From contig JAUCBJ010009081.1 of the NCBI GenBank assembly GCA_032718475.1, positions 1-64,000 of the forward strand: 64,000 bases of DNA, read 5' to 3'. The notes under the pieces are model-generated. The model saw only the letters and a program-made list of their open reading frames with translations. It made no database searches and was not told the origin of the DNA. Of the stretch, positions 36,662 through 51,117 are shown piece after piece. Positions within the stretch are counted from its first letter, which is position 1. Every line of letters begins with the position of its first letter. This DNA is from Nemertoderma westbladi (taxonomy: Eukaryota > Animalia > Xenacoelomorpha). Made by a program: the position numbers and the translations under genes.

Positions 36662-39600
36662 CACACACTCCCTACCCTCACTTCGTCCCAACTCCCCTCC
36701 GATCTCTCTAACATCACTGTGTCCCAAATCCTCTCTGATCTCCCTGCACTCTCTGCATCCCAAATCCTCTCTGATCTCCCTACACTCTCTGCGTCCCAAA
36801 TCCTCTCTGATCTCCCTACACTCTCTGCGTCCCAAATCCTCTCTGATCTCCCTACACTCTCTGCGTCCCAAATCCTCTCTGATCTCCCTACACTCTCTGC
36901 GTCCCAAATCCTCTCTGATCTCCCTACACTCTCTGCATCCCAAATCCTCTCTGATCTCCCTACACTCTGTGCATCCCAAATCCTCTCTGATCTACCTACA
37001 CTCTCTGCGTCCCAAATCCTCTCTGATCTCCCTACACTCTCTGCGTCCCAAATCCTCTCTGATCTCCCTACACTCACTGCGTCCCAAATCCTCTCTGATC
37101 TCCCTACACTCTCTGCGTCCCAAATCCTCTCTGATCTCCCTACACTCTCTGCGTCCCAAATCCTCTCTGATCTCCCTACACTCTGTGCATCACAAACTCC
37201 TCTCTGATCTCCCTACACTCTCTGCATCCCAAATCCTCTCTGATCTCCCTACACTCTCTGCGTCCCAAACTCCCCTCCGATCTCCCTACACTCTCTGCAT
37301 CCCAAATCCTCTCCGATCTCCCTACACTCTCTGCATCCCAAATCCTCTCCGATCTCCCTGCACTCTCTGCGTCCCAAACTCCTCTCTGATCTCCCTATAC
37401 TCTCTGCGTCCCAAATCCTCTCTGATCTCCCTATACTCTCTGCATCCCAAATCCTCTCCGATCTCCCTGCACTCTCTGCGTCCCAAATCCTCTCTGATCT
37501 CCCTACACTCTCTGCGTCCCAAATCCTCTCTGATCTCCCTACACTCTCTGCGTCCCAAATCCTCTCTGATCTCCCTACACTCTCTGCGTCCCAAATCCTC
37601 TCTGATCTCCCTACACTCTCTGCATCCCAAATCCTCTCTGATCTCCCTACACTCTGTGCATCCCAAATCCTCTCTGATCTACCTACACTCTCTGCATCAC
37701 AAACTCCTCTCTGATCTCCCTACACTCTCTGCATCCCAAATCCTCTCTGATCTCCCTACACTCACTGTGTCCCAAATCCTCTCTGATCTCCCTACACTCT
37801 CTGCGTCCCAAATCCTCTCTGATCTCCCTACACTCTCTGCGTCCCAAATCCTCTCTGATCTCCCTACACTCTCTGCGTCCCAAATCCTCTCTGATCTCCC
37901 TACACTCTCTGCGTCCCAAATCCTCTCTGATCTCCCTACACTCTCTGCGTCCCAAATCATCTCTGATCTCCCTATACTCTCTGCGTCCCAAACTCCTCTC
38001 TGATCTCCCTACACTCTCTGCGTCCCAAATCCTCTCTGATCTCCCTACACTCTCTGCATCCCAAATCCTCTCTGATCTCCCTACACTCTCTGCGTCCCAA
38101 ATCCTCTCTGATCTCCCTACACTCTCTGTGTCCCAAATCATCTCTGATCTCCCTATACTCTCTGCGTCCCAAATCATCTCTGATCTCCCTATACTCTCTG
38201 CGTCCCAAACTCCTCTCTGATCTCCCTACACTCTCTGCGTCCCAAATCCTCTCTGATCTCCCTACACTCACTGCGTCCCAAATCCTCTCTGATCTCCCTA
38301 CACTCTCTGCGTCCCAAATCCTCTCTGATCTCCCTACACTCACTGCGTCCCAAACTCCTCTCTGATCTCCCTATACTCTCTGCGTCCCAAACTCCTCTCT
38401 GATCTCCCTACACTCTCTGCGTCCCAAATCCTCTCTGATCTCCCTACACTCTCTGCATCCCAAATCCTCTCTGATCTCCTTACACTCTCTGCATCCCAAA
38501 TCCTCTCTGATCTCCCTACACTCTCTGCGTCCCAAATCCTCTCTGATCTCCCTACACTCACTGCGTCCCAAATCCTCTCTGATCTCCTTACACTCTCTGC
38601 GTCCCAAACTCCTCTCTGATCTCCCTACACTCTCTGCGTCCCAAATCATCTCTGATCTCCCTATACTCTCTGCGTCCCAAATCATCTCTGATCTCCCTAT
38701 ACTCTCTGCGTCACAAACTCCTCTCTGATCTCCCTACACTATCTGCGTCCCAAATCCTCTCTGATCTCCCTACACTCTCTGCGTCCCAAATCCTCTCTGA
38801 TCTCCCTACACTCTCTGCGTGCCAAATCCTCTCTGATTTCCCTACACTCTCTGCGTCCCAAATCCTCTCTGATCTCCCTACACTCTCTGCGTCCCAAATC
38901 CTCTCTGATCTCCTTACACTCTCTGCGTCCCAAATCCTCTCTGATCTCCCTACATTCTCTGCGTCCCAAATCCTCTCTGATCTCCCTACACTCTCTGCGT
39001 CCCAAATCCTCTCTGATCTCCCTACACTCTCTGCGTCCCAAATCCTCTATGATCTCCCTACACTCTCTGCGTCCCAAATCCTCTCTGATCTCCCTATACT
39101 CTCTGCATCCCAAATCCTCTCTGATCTCCCTGCACTCACTGCGTCCGAAATCCTTTCTGATCTCCCTACACTCTCTGCGTACCAAATCCTCTATGATCTC
39201 CCTACACTCTCTGCATCCCAAATCCTCTCTGATCTCCATACACTATCTGCATCCCAAATCCTCTCTGATCTCCCTGCACGCACTGCGTCCGAAATCCTTT
39301 CTGATCTCCCTACACTCTCTGCGTACCAAATCCTCTATGATCTCCCTACACTCTCTGCATCCCAAATCCTCTCTGATCTCCCTACACTCACTGCGTCCGA
39401 AATCCTTTCTGATCTCCCTACACTCTCTGCGTACCAAATCCTCTCTGATCTCCCTACACTCTCTGCGTCCCAAATCCTCTCTGATCTCCCTACACTCTCT
39501 GCGTCCCAAATCCTCTCCGATCTCCCTACACTCTCTGCATCCCAAATCCTCTCTGATCTCCCTACACTCACTGCGTCCGATATCCTCTATGATCTCCCTA

Positions 39601-42600
39601 CACTCACTGCGTCCCAAATCCTTTCTGATCTCCCTACACTCTCTGCATCCCAAATCCTCTCTGATCTCCCTACACTCTCTGCGTCCCAAATCCTCTCCGA
39701 TCTCCTTACACTCACTGCGTCCCAAATCCTCTCTGATCTCCCTACCCACACTTCATCCCAAACTCCTCTCTGATCTCCCTACACTCTCTGCGTCCCAAAT
39801 CCTCTCTGATCTCCCTACACTCTCTGCGTCCCAAATCCTCTCTGATCTCCATACACTCTCTGCATCCCAAATCCTCTCTGATCTCCCTACACTCTCTGCA
39901 TCACAAACTCCTCTCTGATCTCCCTACACTCACTGCGTCCCAAATCCTTTCTGATCTCCCTACACTCTCTGCGTCCCAAATCCTCTCTGATCTCCCTACA
40001 CTCTATGCGTCCCAAATCATCTCTGATCTCCCTATACTCTCTGCGTCCCAAATCATCTCTGATCTCCCTATACTCTCTGCGTCCCAAACTCCTCTCTGAT
40101 CTCCCTACACTCTCTGCGTCCCAAATCCTCTCTGATCTCCCTACACTCTCTGCATCCCAAATCCTCTCTGATCTCCCTACACTCTCTGCGTCCCAAATCC
40201 TCTCTGATCTCCCTACACTCTCTGCGTCCCAAACTCCCCTCTGATCTCCCTACACTCTCTGCGTCCCAAATCCTCTCTGATCTCCCTACACTCTCTGCAT
40301 CCCAAATCCTCTCTGATCTCCCTACACTCACTGCGTCCCAAATCCTCTCTGATCTCCCTACACTCTCTGCATCCCAAATCCTCTCTGATCTCCCTACACT
40401 CTCTGCGTCCCAAATCCTCTCTGATCTCCCTACACTCACTGCGTCCCAAATCCTCTCTGATCTCCCTACACTCTCTGCGTCCCAAATCCTCTCTGATCTC
40501 CCTACACTCACTGCGTCCCAAACTCCTCTCTGATCTCCCTATACTCTCTGCGTCCCAAACTCCTCTCTGATCTCCCTACACTCTCTGCGTCCCAAATCCT
40601 CTCTGATCTCCCTACACTCTCTGCATCCCAAATCCTCTCTGATCTCCTTACACTCTCTGCATCCCAAATCCTCTCTGATCTCCCTACACTCTCTGCGTCC
40701 CAAATCCTCTCTAATCTCCCTACACTCACTGCGTCCCAAATCCTCTCTGATCTCCCTACACTCTCTGCATCACAAACTCCTCTCTGATCTCCCTACACTC
40801 ACTGCGTCCCAAATCCTTTCTGATCTCCCTACACTCTCTGCGTCCCAAATCCTCTCTGATCTCCCTACACTCTATGCGTCCCAAATCATCTCTGATCTCC
40901 CTATACTCTCTGCGTCCCAAATCATCTCTGATCTCCCTATACTCTCTGCGTCCCAAACTCCTCTCTGATCTCCCTACACTCTCTGCGTCCCAAATCCTCT
41001 CTGATCTCCCTACACTCTCTGCATCCCAAATCCTCTCTGATCTCCCTACACTCTCTGCGTCCCAAATCCTCTCTGATCTCCCTACACTCTCTGCGTCCCA
41101 AACTCCCCTCTGATCTCCCTACACTCTCTGCGTCCCAAATCCTCTCTGATCTCCCTACACTCTCTGCATCCCAAATCCTCTCTGATCTCCCTACACTCAC
41201 TGCGTCCCAAATCCTCTCTGATCTCCCTACACTCTCTGCATCCCAAATCCTCTCTGATCTCCCTACACTCTCTGCGTCCCAAATCCTCTCTGATCTCCCT
41301 ACACTCACTGCGTCCCAAATCCTCTCTGATCTCCCTACACTCTCTGCGTCCCAAATCCTCTCTGATCTCCCTACACTCACTGCGTCCCAAACTCCTCTCT
41401 GATCTCCCTATACTCTCTGCGTCCCAAACTCCTCTCTGATCTCCCTACACTCTCTGCGTCCCAAATCCTCTCTGATCTCCCTACACTCTCTGCATCCCAA
41501 ATCCTCTCTGATCTCCTTACACTCTCTGCATCCCAAATCCTCTCTGATCTCCCTACACTCTCTGCGTCCCAAATCCTCTCTGATCTCCCTACACTCTCTG
41601 TGTCCCAAATCATCTCTGATCTCCCTATACTCTCTGCGTCCCAAATCATCTCTGATCTCCCTATACTCTCTGCGTCCCAAACTCCTCTCTGATCTCCCTA
41701 CACTCTCTGCGTCCCAAATCCTCTCTGATCTCCCTACACTCACTGCGTCCCAAATCCTCTCTGATCTCCCTACACTCTCTGCGTCCCAAATCCTCTCTGA
41801 TCTCCCTACACTCACTGCGTCCCAAACTCCTCTCTGATCTCCCTATACTCTCTGCGTCCCAAACTCCTCTCTGATCTCCCTACACTCTCTGCGTCCCAAA
41901 TCCTCTCTGATCTCCCTACACTCTCTGCATCCCAAATCCTCTCTGATCTCCTTACACTCTCTGCATCCCAAATCCTCTCTGATCTCCCTACACTCTCTGC
42001 GTCCCAAATCCTCTCTGATCTCCCTACACTCACTGCGTCCCAAATCCTCTCTGATCTCCTTACACTCTCTGCGTCCCAAACTCCTCTCTGATCTCCCTAC
42101 ACTCTCTGCGTCCCAAATCATCTCTGATCTCCCTATACTCTCTGCGTCCCAAATCATCTCTGATCTCCCTATACTCTCTGCGTCACAAACTCCTCTCTGA
42201 TCTCCCTACACTATCTGCGTCCCAAATCCTCTCTGATCTCCCTACACTCTCTGCGTCCCAAATCCTCTCTGATCTCCCTACACTCTCTGCGTGCCAAATC
42301 CTCTCTGATTTCCCTACACTCTCTGCGTCCCAAATCCTCTCTGATCTCCCTACACTCTCTGCGTCCCAAATCCTCTCTGATCTCCTTACACTCTCTGCGT
42401 CCCAAATCCTCTCTGATCTCCCTACATTCTCTGCGTCCCAAATCCTCTCTGATCTCCCTACACTCTCTGCGTCCCAAATCCTCTCTGATCTCCCTACACT
42501 CTCTGCGTCCCAAATCCTCTATGATCTCCCTACACTCTCTGCGTCCCAAATCCTCTCTGATCTCCCTATACTCTCTGCATCCCAAATCCTCTCTGATCTC

Positions 42601-45600
42601 CCTGCACTCACTGCGTCCGAAATCCTTTCTGATCTCCCTACACTCTCTGCGTACCAAATCCTCTATGATCTCCCTACACTCTCTGCATCCCAAATCCTCT
42701 CTGATCTCCATACACTATCTGCATCCCAAATCCTCTCTGATCTCCCTGCACGCACTGCGTCCGAAATCCTTTCTGATCTCCCTACACTCTCTGCGTACCA
42801 AATCCTCTATGATCTCCCTACACTCTCTGCATCCCAAATCCTCTCTGATCTCCCTACACTCACTGCGTCCGAAATCCTTTCTGATCTCCCTACACTCTCT
42901 GCGTACCAAATCCTCTCTGATCTCCCTACACTCTCTGCGTCCCAAATCCTCTCTGATCTCCCTACACTCTCTGCGTCCCAAATCCTCTCCGATCTCCCTA
43001 CACTCTCTGCATCCCAAATCCTCTCTGATCTCCCTACACTCACTGCGTCCGATATCCTCTATGATCTCCCTACACTCACTGCGTCCCAAATCCTTTCTGA
43101 TCTCCCTACACTCTCTGCATCCCAAATCCTCTCTGATCTCCCTACACTCTCTGCGTCCCAAATCCTCTCCGATCTCCTTACACTCACTGCGTCCCAAATC
43201 CTCTCTGATCTCCCTACCCACACTTCATCCCAAACTCCTCTCTGATCTCCCTACACTCTCTGCGTCCCAAATCCTCTCTGATCTCCCTACACTCTCTGCG
43301 TCCCAAATCCTCTCTGATCTCCATACACTCTCTGCATCCCAAATCCTCTCTGATCTCCCTACACTCTCTGCATCACAAACTCCTCTCTGATCTCCCTACA
43401 CTCACTGCGTCCCAAATCCTTTCTGATCTCCCTACACTCTCTGCGTCCCAAATCCTCTCTGATCTCCCTACACTCTATGCGTCCCAAATCATCTCTGATC
43501 TCCCTATACTCTCTGCGTCCCAAATCATCTCTGATCTCCCTATACTCTCTGCGTCCCAAACTCCTCTCTGATCTCCCTACACTCTCTGCGTCCCAAATCC
43601 TCTCTGATCTCCCTACACTCTCTGCATCCCAAATCCTCTCTGATCTCCCTACACTCTCTGCGTCCCAAATCCTCTCTGATCTCCCTACACTCTCTGCGTC
43701 CCAAACTCCCCTCTGATCTCCCTACACTCTCTGCGTCCCAAATCCTCTCTGATCTCCCTACACTCTCTGCATCCCAAATCCTCTCTGATCTCCCTACACT
43801 CACTGCGTCCCAAATCCTCTCTGATCTCCCTACACTCTCTGCATCCCAAATCCTCTCTGATCTCCCTACACTCTCTGCGTCCCAAATCCTCTCTGATCTC
43901 CCTACACTCACTGCGTCCCAAATCCTCTCTGATCTCCCTACACTCTCTGCGTCCCAAATCCTCTCTGATCTCCCTACACTCACTGCGTCCCAAACTCCTC
44001 TCTGATCTCCCTATACTCTCTGCGTCCCAAACTCCTCTCTGATCTCCCTACACTCTCTGCGTCCCAAATCCTCTCTGATCTCCCTACACTCTCTGCATCC
44101 CAAATCCTCTCTGATCTCCTTACACTCTCTGCATCCCAAATCCTCTCTGATCTCCCTACACTCTCTGCGTCCCAAATCCTCTCTAATCTCCCTACACTCA
44201 CTGCGTCCCAAATCCTCTCTGATCTCCCTACACTCTCTGCATCACAAACTCCTCTCTGATCTCCCTACACTCACTGCGTCCCAAATCCTTTCTGATCTCC
44301 CTACACTCTCTGCGTCCCAAATCCTCTCTGATCTCCCTACACTCTATGCGTCCCAAATCATCTCTGATCTCCCTATACTCTCTGCGTCCCAAATCATCTC
44401 TGATCTCCCTATACTCTCTGCGTCCCAAACTCCTCTCTGATCTCCCTACACTCTCTGCGTCCCAAATCCTCTCTGATCTCCCTACACTCTCTGCATCCCA
44501 AATCCTCTCTGATCTCCCTACACTCTCTGCGTCCCAAATCCTCTCTGATCTCCCTACACTCTCTGCGTCCCAAACTCCCCTCTGATCTCCCTACACTCTC
44601 TGCGTCCCAAATCCTCTCTGATCTCCCTACACTCTCTGCATCCCAAATCCTCTCTGATCTCCCTACACTCACTGCGTCCCAAATCCTCTCTGATCTCCCT
44701 ACACTCTCTGCATCCCAAATCCTCTCTGATCTCCCTACACTCTCTGCGTCCCAAATCCTCTCTGATCTCCCTACACTCACTGCGTCCCAAATCCTCTCTG
44801 ATCTCCCTACACTCTCTGCGTCCCAAATCCTCTCTGATCTCCCTACACTCACTGCGTCCCAAACTCCTCTCTGATCTCCCTATACTCTCTGCGTCCCAAA
44901 CTCCTCTCTGATCTCCCTACACTCTCTGCGTCCCAAATCCTCTCTGATCTCCCTACACTCTCTGCATCCCAAATCCTCTCTGATCTCCTTACACTCTCTG
45001 CATCCCAAATCCTCTCTGATCTCCCTACACTCTCTGCGTCCCAAATCCTCTCTGATCTCCCTACACTCACTGCGTCCCAAATCCTCTCTGATCTCCTTAC
45101 ACTCTCTGCGTCCCAAACTCCTCTCTGATCTCCCTACACTCTCTGCGTCCCAAATCATCTCTGATCTCCCTATACTCTCTGCGTCCCAAATCATCTCTGA
45201 TCTCTCTATACTCTCTGCGTCACAAACTCCTCTCTGATCTCCCTACACTATCTGCGTCCCAAATCCTCTCTGATCTCCCTACACTCTCTGCGTCCCAAAT
45301 CCTCTCTGATCTCCCTACACTCTCTGCGTGCCAAATCCTCTCTGATTTCCCTACACTCTCTGCGTCCCAAATCCTCTCTGATCTCCCTACACTCTCTGCG
45401 TCCCAAATCCTCTCTGATCTCCTTACACTCTCTGCGTCCCAAATCCTCTCTGATCTCCCTACATTCTCTGCGTCCCAAATCCTCTCTGATCTCCCTACAC
45501 TCTCTGCGTCCCAAATCCTCTCTGATCTCCCTACACTCTCTGCGTCCCAAATCCTCTATGATCTCCCTACACTCTCTGCGTCCCAAATCCTCTCTGATCT

Positions 45601-48258
45601 CCCTATACTCTCTGCATCCCAAATCCTCTCTGATCTCCCTGCACTCACTGCGTCCGAAATCCTTTCTGATCTCCCTACACTCTCTGCGTACCAAATCCTC
45701 TATGATCTCCCTACACTCTCTGCATCCCAAATCCTCTCTGATCTCCATACACTATCTGCATCCCAAATCCTCTCTGATCTCCCTGCACTCACTGCGTCCG
45801 AAATCCTCTCTGATCTCCCTACACTCTCTGCGTACCAAATCCTCTATGATCTCCCTACACTCTCTGCATCCCAAATCCTCTCTGATCTCCCTACACTCAC
45901 TGCGTCCGAAATCCTTTCTGATCTCCCTACACTCTCTGCGTACCAAATCCTCTCTGATCTCCCTACACTCTCTGCGTCCCAAATCCTCTCTGATCTCCCT
46001 ACACTCTCTGCGTCCCAAATCCTCTCCGATCTCCCTACACTCTCTGCATCCCAAATCCTCTCTGATCTCCCTACACTCACTGCGTCCGATATCCTCTATG
46101 ATCTCCCTACACTCACTGCGTCCCAAATCCTTTCTGATCTCCCTACACTCTCTGCGTCCCAAATCCTCTCTGATCTCCCTACACTCTCTGCGTCCCAAAT
46201 CCTCTCCGATCTCCTTACACTCACTGCGTCCCAAATCCTCTCTGATCTCCCTACCCACACTTCATCCCAAACTCCTCTCTGATCTCCCTACACTCTCTGC
46301 GTCCCAAATCCTCTCTGATCTCCCTACACTCTCTGCGTCCCAAATCCTCTCTGATCTCCATACACTCTCTGCATCCCAAATCCTCTCTGATCTCCCTACA
46401 CTCTCTGCATCACAAACTCCTCTCTGATCTCCCTACACTCACTGCGTCCCAAATCCTTTCTGATCTCCCTACACTCTCTGCGTCCCAAATCCTCTCTGAT
46501 CTCCCTACACTCTATGCGTCCCAAATCATCTCTGATCTCCCTATACTCTCTGCGTCCCAAATCATCTCTGATCTCCCTATACTCTCTGCGTCCCAAACTC
46601 CTCTCTGATCTCCCTACACTCTCTGCGTCCCAAATCCTCTCTGATCTCCCTACACTCTCTGCGTCCCAAATCCTCTCTGATCTCCCTACACTCTCTGCGT
46701 CCCAAATCCTCTCTGATCTCCCTACACTCTCTGCGTCCCAAACTCCCCTCTGATCTCCCTACACTCTCTGCGTCCCAAATCCTCTCTGATCTCCCTACAC
46801 TCTCTGCATCCCAAATCCTCTCTGATCTCCCTACACTCACTGCGTCCCAAATCCTCTCTGATCTCCCTACACTCTCTGCGTCCCAAATCCTCTCTGATCT
46901 TCCTACACTCTCTGCGTCCCAAATCCTCTCTGATCTCCCTACACTCTCTGCGTCCCAAATCCTCTCTGATCTCCCTACACTCTCTGCGTCCCAAATCCTC
47001 TCTGATCTCCCTACACTCTCTGCGTCCCAAACTCCTCTCTGATCTCCCTACACTCTCTGCGTCCCAAATCCTCTCTGATCTCCCTACACTCTCTGCATCC
47101 CAAATCCTCTCTGATCTCCCTACACTTTCTGCGTCCCAAATCCTCTCTGATCTCCCTACACTCTCTGTGTCCCAAATCATCTCTGATCTCCCTATACTCT
47201 CTGCGTCCCAAATCATCTCTGATCTCCCTATACTCTCTGCGTCCCAAACTCCTCTCTGATCTCCCTACACTCTCTGCGTCCCAAATCCTCTCTGATCTCC
47301 CTACACTCACTGCGTCCCAAATCCTCTCTGATCTCCCTACACTCTCTGCGTCCCAAATCCTCTCTGATCTCCCTACACTCACTGCGTCCCAAACTCCTCT
47401 CTGATCTCCCTATACTCTCTGCGTCCCAAACTCCTCTCTGATCTCCCTACACTCTCTGCGTCCCAAATCCTCTCTGATCTCCCTACACTCTCTGCATCCC
47501 AAATCCTCTCTGATCTCCTTACACTCTCTGCATCCCAAATCCTCTCTGATCTCCCTACACTCTCTGCGTCCCAAATCCTCTCTGATCTCCCTACACTCAC
47601 TGCGTCCCAAATCCTCTCTGATCTCCTTACACTCTCTGCGCCCCAAACTCCTCTCTGATCTCCCTACACTCTCTGCGTCCCAAATCATCTCTGATCTCCC
47701 TATACTCTCTGCGTCCCAAATCATCTCTGATCTCCCTATACTCTCTGCGTCCCAAACTCCTCTCTGATCTCCCTACACTATCTGCGTCCCAAATCCTCTC
47801 TGATCTCCCTACACTCTCTGCGTCCCAAATCCTCTCTGATCTCCCTACACTCTCTGCGTCCCAAATCCTCTCTGATTTCCCTACACTCTCTGCGTCCCAA
47901 ATCCTCTCTGATCTCCCTACACTCTCTGCGTCCCAAATCCTCTCTGATCTCCTTACAATCTCTGCGTCCCAAATCCTCTCTGATCTCCCTACATTCTCTG
48001 CGTCCCAAATCCTCTCTGATCTCCCTACACTCTCTGCGTCCCAAATCCTCTCTGATCTCCTTACACTCTCTGCGTCCCAAATCCTCTCTGATCTCCCTAC
48101 ATTCTCTGCGTCCCAAATCCTCTCTGATCTCCCTACACTCACTGCGTCCGAACTCAGCTCTGATCTCTCTACACTCTCCGAATCCCAAATCCTCTCTGAT
48201 CTCCCTACATTCACTGCGTCCGAACTCCGCTCTGATCTCCCTACACTCTCTGCGTCCC
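36662..48258. repeat. 36-bp (37-bp variant) pyrimidine-rich satellite, about 320 copies, with higher-order repeats
   Basis: Unit tacactctctgcgtcccaaatcctctctgatctccc. Identical ORF-track blocks recur at offsets of 869, 3037 and 3472 bp. Confidence 0.97.
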
Positions 48259-48683
48259 ATATACGAAATTTTCGTAGAGAAAAATCAGAAAATTTCATAG
48301 ATTAGAGCCTCATGACTTAAGGTTTAGGGTTAAATTACTGCTTTAATCATGGTTTGTGCCTGACCAACAAACCCTAACCTTAAAAAAATTCAATATCCCA
48401 GTCAGTACCTACATAACACCCCAATAACCAAGTCATTAAGCAACACTGCATTGTCATTATGCTGCTCCTACAGACCTGCACATTGTATACAAACTCTTTT
48501 TGCTAAATGAGAGCAGGCTTTAATTTAATCAAAATTTACAGCGCCCGTCGCACATTTTCATTTAACACCCCAGCAACATCAGCTTGGCAATAATTGAAGA
48601 TGTGGTACCCATTATGCCAATCTTGATTACATTGAAATACGAAATGGCTCACGAAAGTGATACTTATCAATATTATTTTGTAG

Positions 48684-49622
48684 AACAAATACAAGGTGGA
48701 GAAAGCAGCTCAAGAAATACTTAATACTCATCCAATACTCATGGATGACGAGAACATGGAACATTATCTGCATGAAAATAATTCTATGGAATCAGTAGTG
48801 GAAAGGGATGCTCCGATGCGCAGTGAAATTCCCTGCAAAATATTTAATGACAATGATGAATCCGGTCTTTATAAAAGTGAACAGTATTCGCTAGGTGGGT
48901 ATGTTTATTGCGATCTGGACACAGATGGGGGACCTTGGTTGGTAATCCAACGACGCGTCGACAAATCAGTCGACTTCTTTCGCAACTGGGCAAACTACAA
49001 GGCAGGATTTGGAAATGTGAGTAATAACTTCTTCCTTGGATTGGAGACTATTCATCAACTTTCTAAAGGTGGTGTTCCAATGCGAATTGATTTGTGGTCA
49101 GATATAAGCTCTGCTCCTTCTGATGAATTTAAAAGTCAAGTTTTGAACTACTATTGTGGTGGAGCATTTGAAAATGCATATGGCTTTAAATTACCATTTT
49201 GCACCCAGGAACACATGTATGCTTACTATAACAATTTCAGTGTAGGTTCTGCAGCAACTAATTACACATTAAATGCTTCGGGGTATTCTGGCAATGCAGG
49301 GGATATGATTGTAGGTGAGGTGGGTCTCAATCCTGTTCACAAACCAATCCAGGATTCTGACAGGAGATTTTATCCCAACAGTCAGCCATTCAGTTCATTT
49401 GATCACAACAGTGGCGTGATTAGAGAACTACCTCAACCCAATTATTTTGATGAAAAAGAGACCAACTGTGGCCGCCAATTCCAATCGGGTTGGTGGTTTG
49501 CTCCTGGAAAATGTGCGTGGGGAACGAACTTAAATGATATAATGATAAGACTATATTGGCGATCATATGCAGGATTTTATCCACTGGAAAAGGTAGAAAT
49601 CAAGATCAAAGTAGACAATTAT
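48684..49622 (+). CDS. Exon 2: fibrinogen-related domain 1
   Basis: ttgtag|AAC: VYCDLDTDGGPWLVIQRRVDKSVDFFRNWANYKAGFG..FFLGLETIHQL...YSGNAGD...FSSFDH..NCG..FQSGWWF..C..TNLN; donor TAT|GTGAGT; 939 bp, phase 0-0. Confidence 0.9.
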
Positions 49623-51117
49623 GTGAGTTGCTATTTTTTATATACAATAATTCATTTCTCATTTATTAAAATATGTTTATAATTTCCCATGCTGAGGTTG
49701 AGGTCTGCCGCTTCTACCTTAGTCTATATGATCCTCTCTGCTTCATATGAACTGCTCCCTGTGATTGAGAGAACGGCTGCAGAATCTCCATACAAAAGGG
49801 AACAGATTGTCTAAAATTAAACTGTTAAGGTTAGAAAAATTCGAAAAATTGAATTTAGAGCAAAATTTGTTGGTGAATACAAAACTTCAAATGGTTTCTC
49901 AACATATTTTCTTAGATTTAAAGATATAGCTGTTTAATTTCGTGTATTTTTCTAACTAAAAATGAATTTTTCGCAATAAAAATCTATATCCTCCTATTTT
50001 GTCCTTATTTATGCTTCGCAGTTTTATTTCTTTAACAGGATTTATGTTTGTGTCTACAGAATATTAGGGCGGATTTTCAAAATATTTATTTTCTTATTGT
50101 CTCCAACTTGTGCAGTCTCAAGGCAGTAACTCCCTTGTGCTAAACAAAACCGACACACCAACAACAGCTCAAGGCAGATTTATAAATAATAATAATAATA
50201 ATAATAATAATTTCTTTATTGATCCTTAAAACCAGAGAATTTATGATAAAAAATTGCACTGGGCATTCAATGTATACACACTAAATGATTATTTGGAACA
50301 ATAGCGTCAGTGTACAGGAGCAACTAAGTTACTCCTATGTATGTAATACCGGAAATAAGACATGTGTTAAGTACAGTAGATATAATAAATAAAAAAAAAA
50401 AAAAAAAAAATTTTCAGTTGAGCACAAATATTACTACCCCCCCCCCCACCCCCGCTGAACCATGCAGAAACCTTGGTTTCGTTATGGAGCAGCTACCCCC
50501 CCCCCCCCCCCCCCTTGGCAGACAATAAAGAGCCTCCAGCTAAGTTACTTCTTCTCGACTGTATTTACTTAGAAATATATTTTTCAAATGTCGTTTAATC
50601 GCCGTTAAATCCGCCGCCATAACAATTATAATCTACCTAACATTACGTGGAAGTCAGTAAACTTGCATTTATATACATCAAGTCACAAAACCATAACCCA
50701 TCGAGATGAGTTAGTGAACCTGAACAGTGAATGGTCTGGAAGCGTTGGGAAATCTACAGTGATGATGAGTTTGTGACAGTACACCCTGACGAGACACGAC
50801 CCGGAAAAATATTAGTGGAGCTATGCAAGACCAACACACCTGATAATCAACACCACCGAATGGGAAAGAAGAAATAGTGGGGTTACAGCTGACAACAACT
50901 ACGCTATGAGCATAACAATACTCACATGCACGAGTGAGCCGGAAGTGGGTATGGAGACAGGACCACCGGGGAACCACGTCCCATAGTCCATCACCCAACC
51001 ACATCAATCATGTGATATTATACCTGATATTTAACATTTTTTTTTAATTTTGAACCTTTTTTAGACATAATTACACAATTCTTTGTTGTTGTGCTGATAA
51101 AAGCTGTTCTATTGCAG

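Noticed and set aside
36544-48298. Dozens of ORFs (RECREIREDLG, SERIWDAESVG, SQILSDLPTLSA, PKSSLISLHSL repeats)
   Set aside because: By-products of a 36-bp unit that is stop-free in several frames; they are broken by 37-bp variants and open on both strands.
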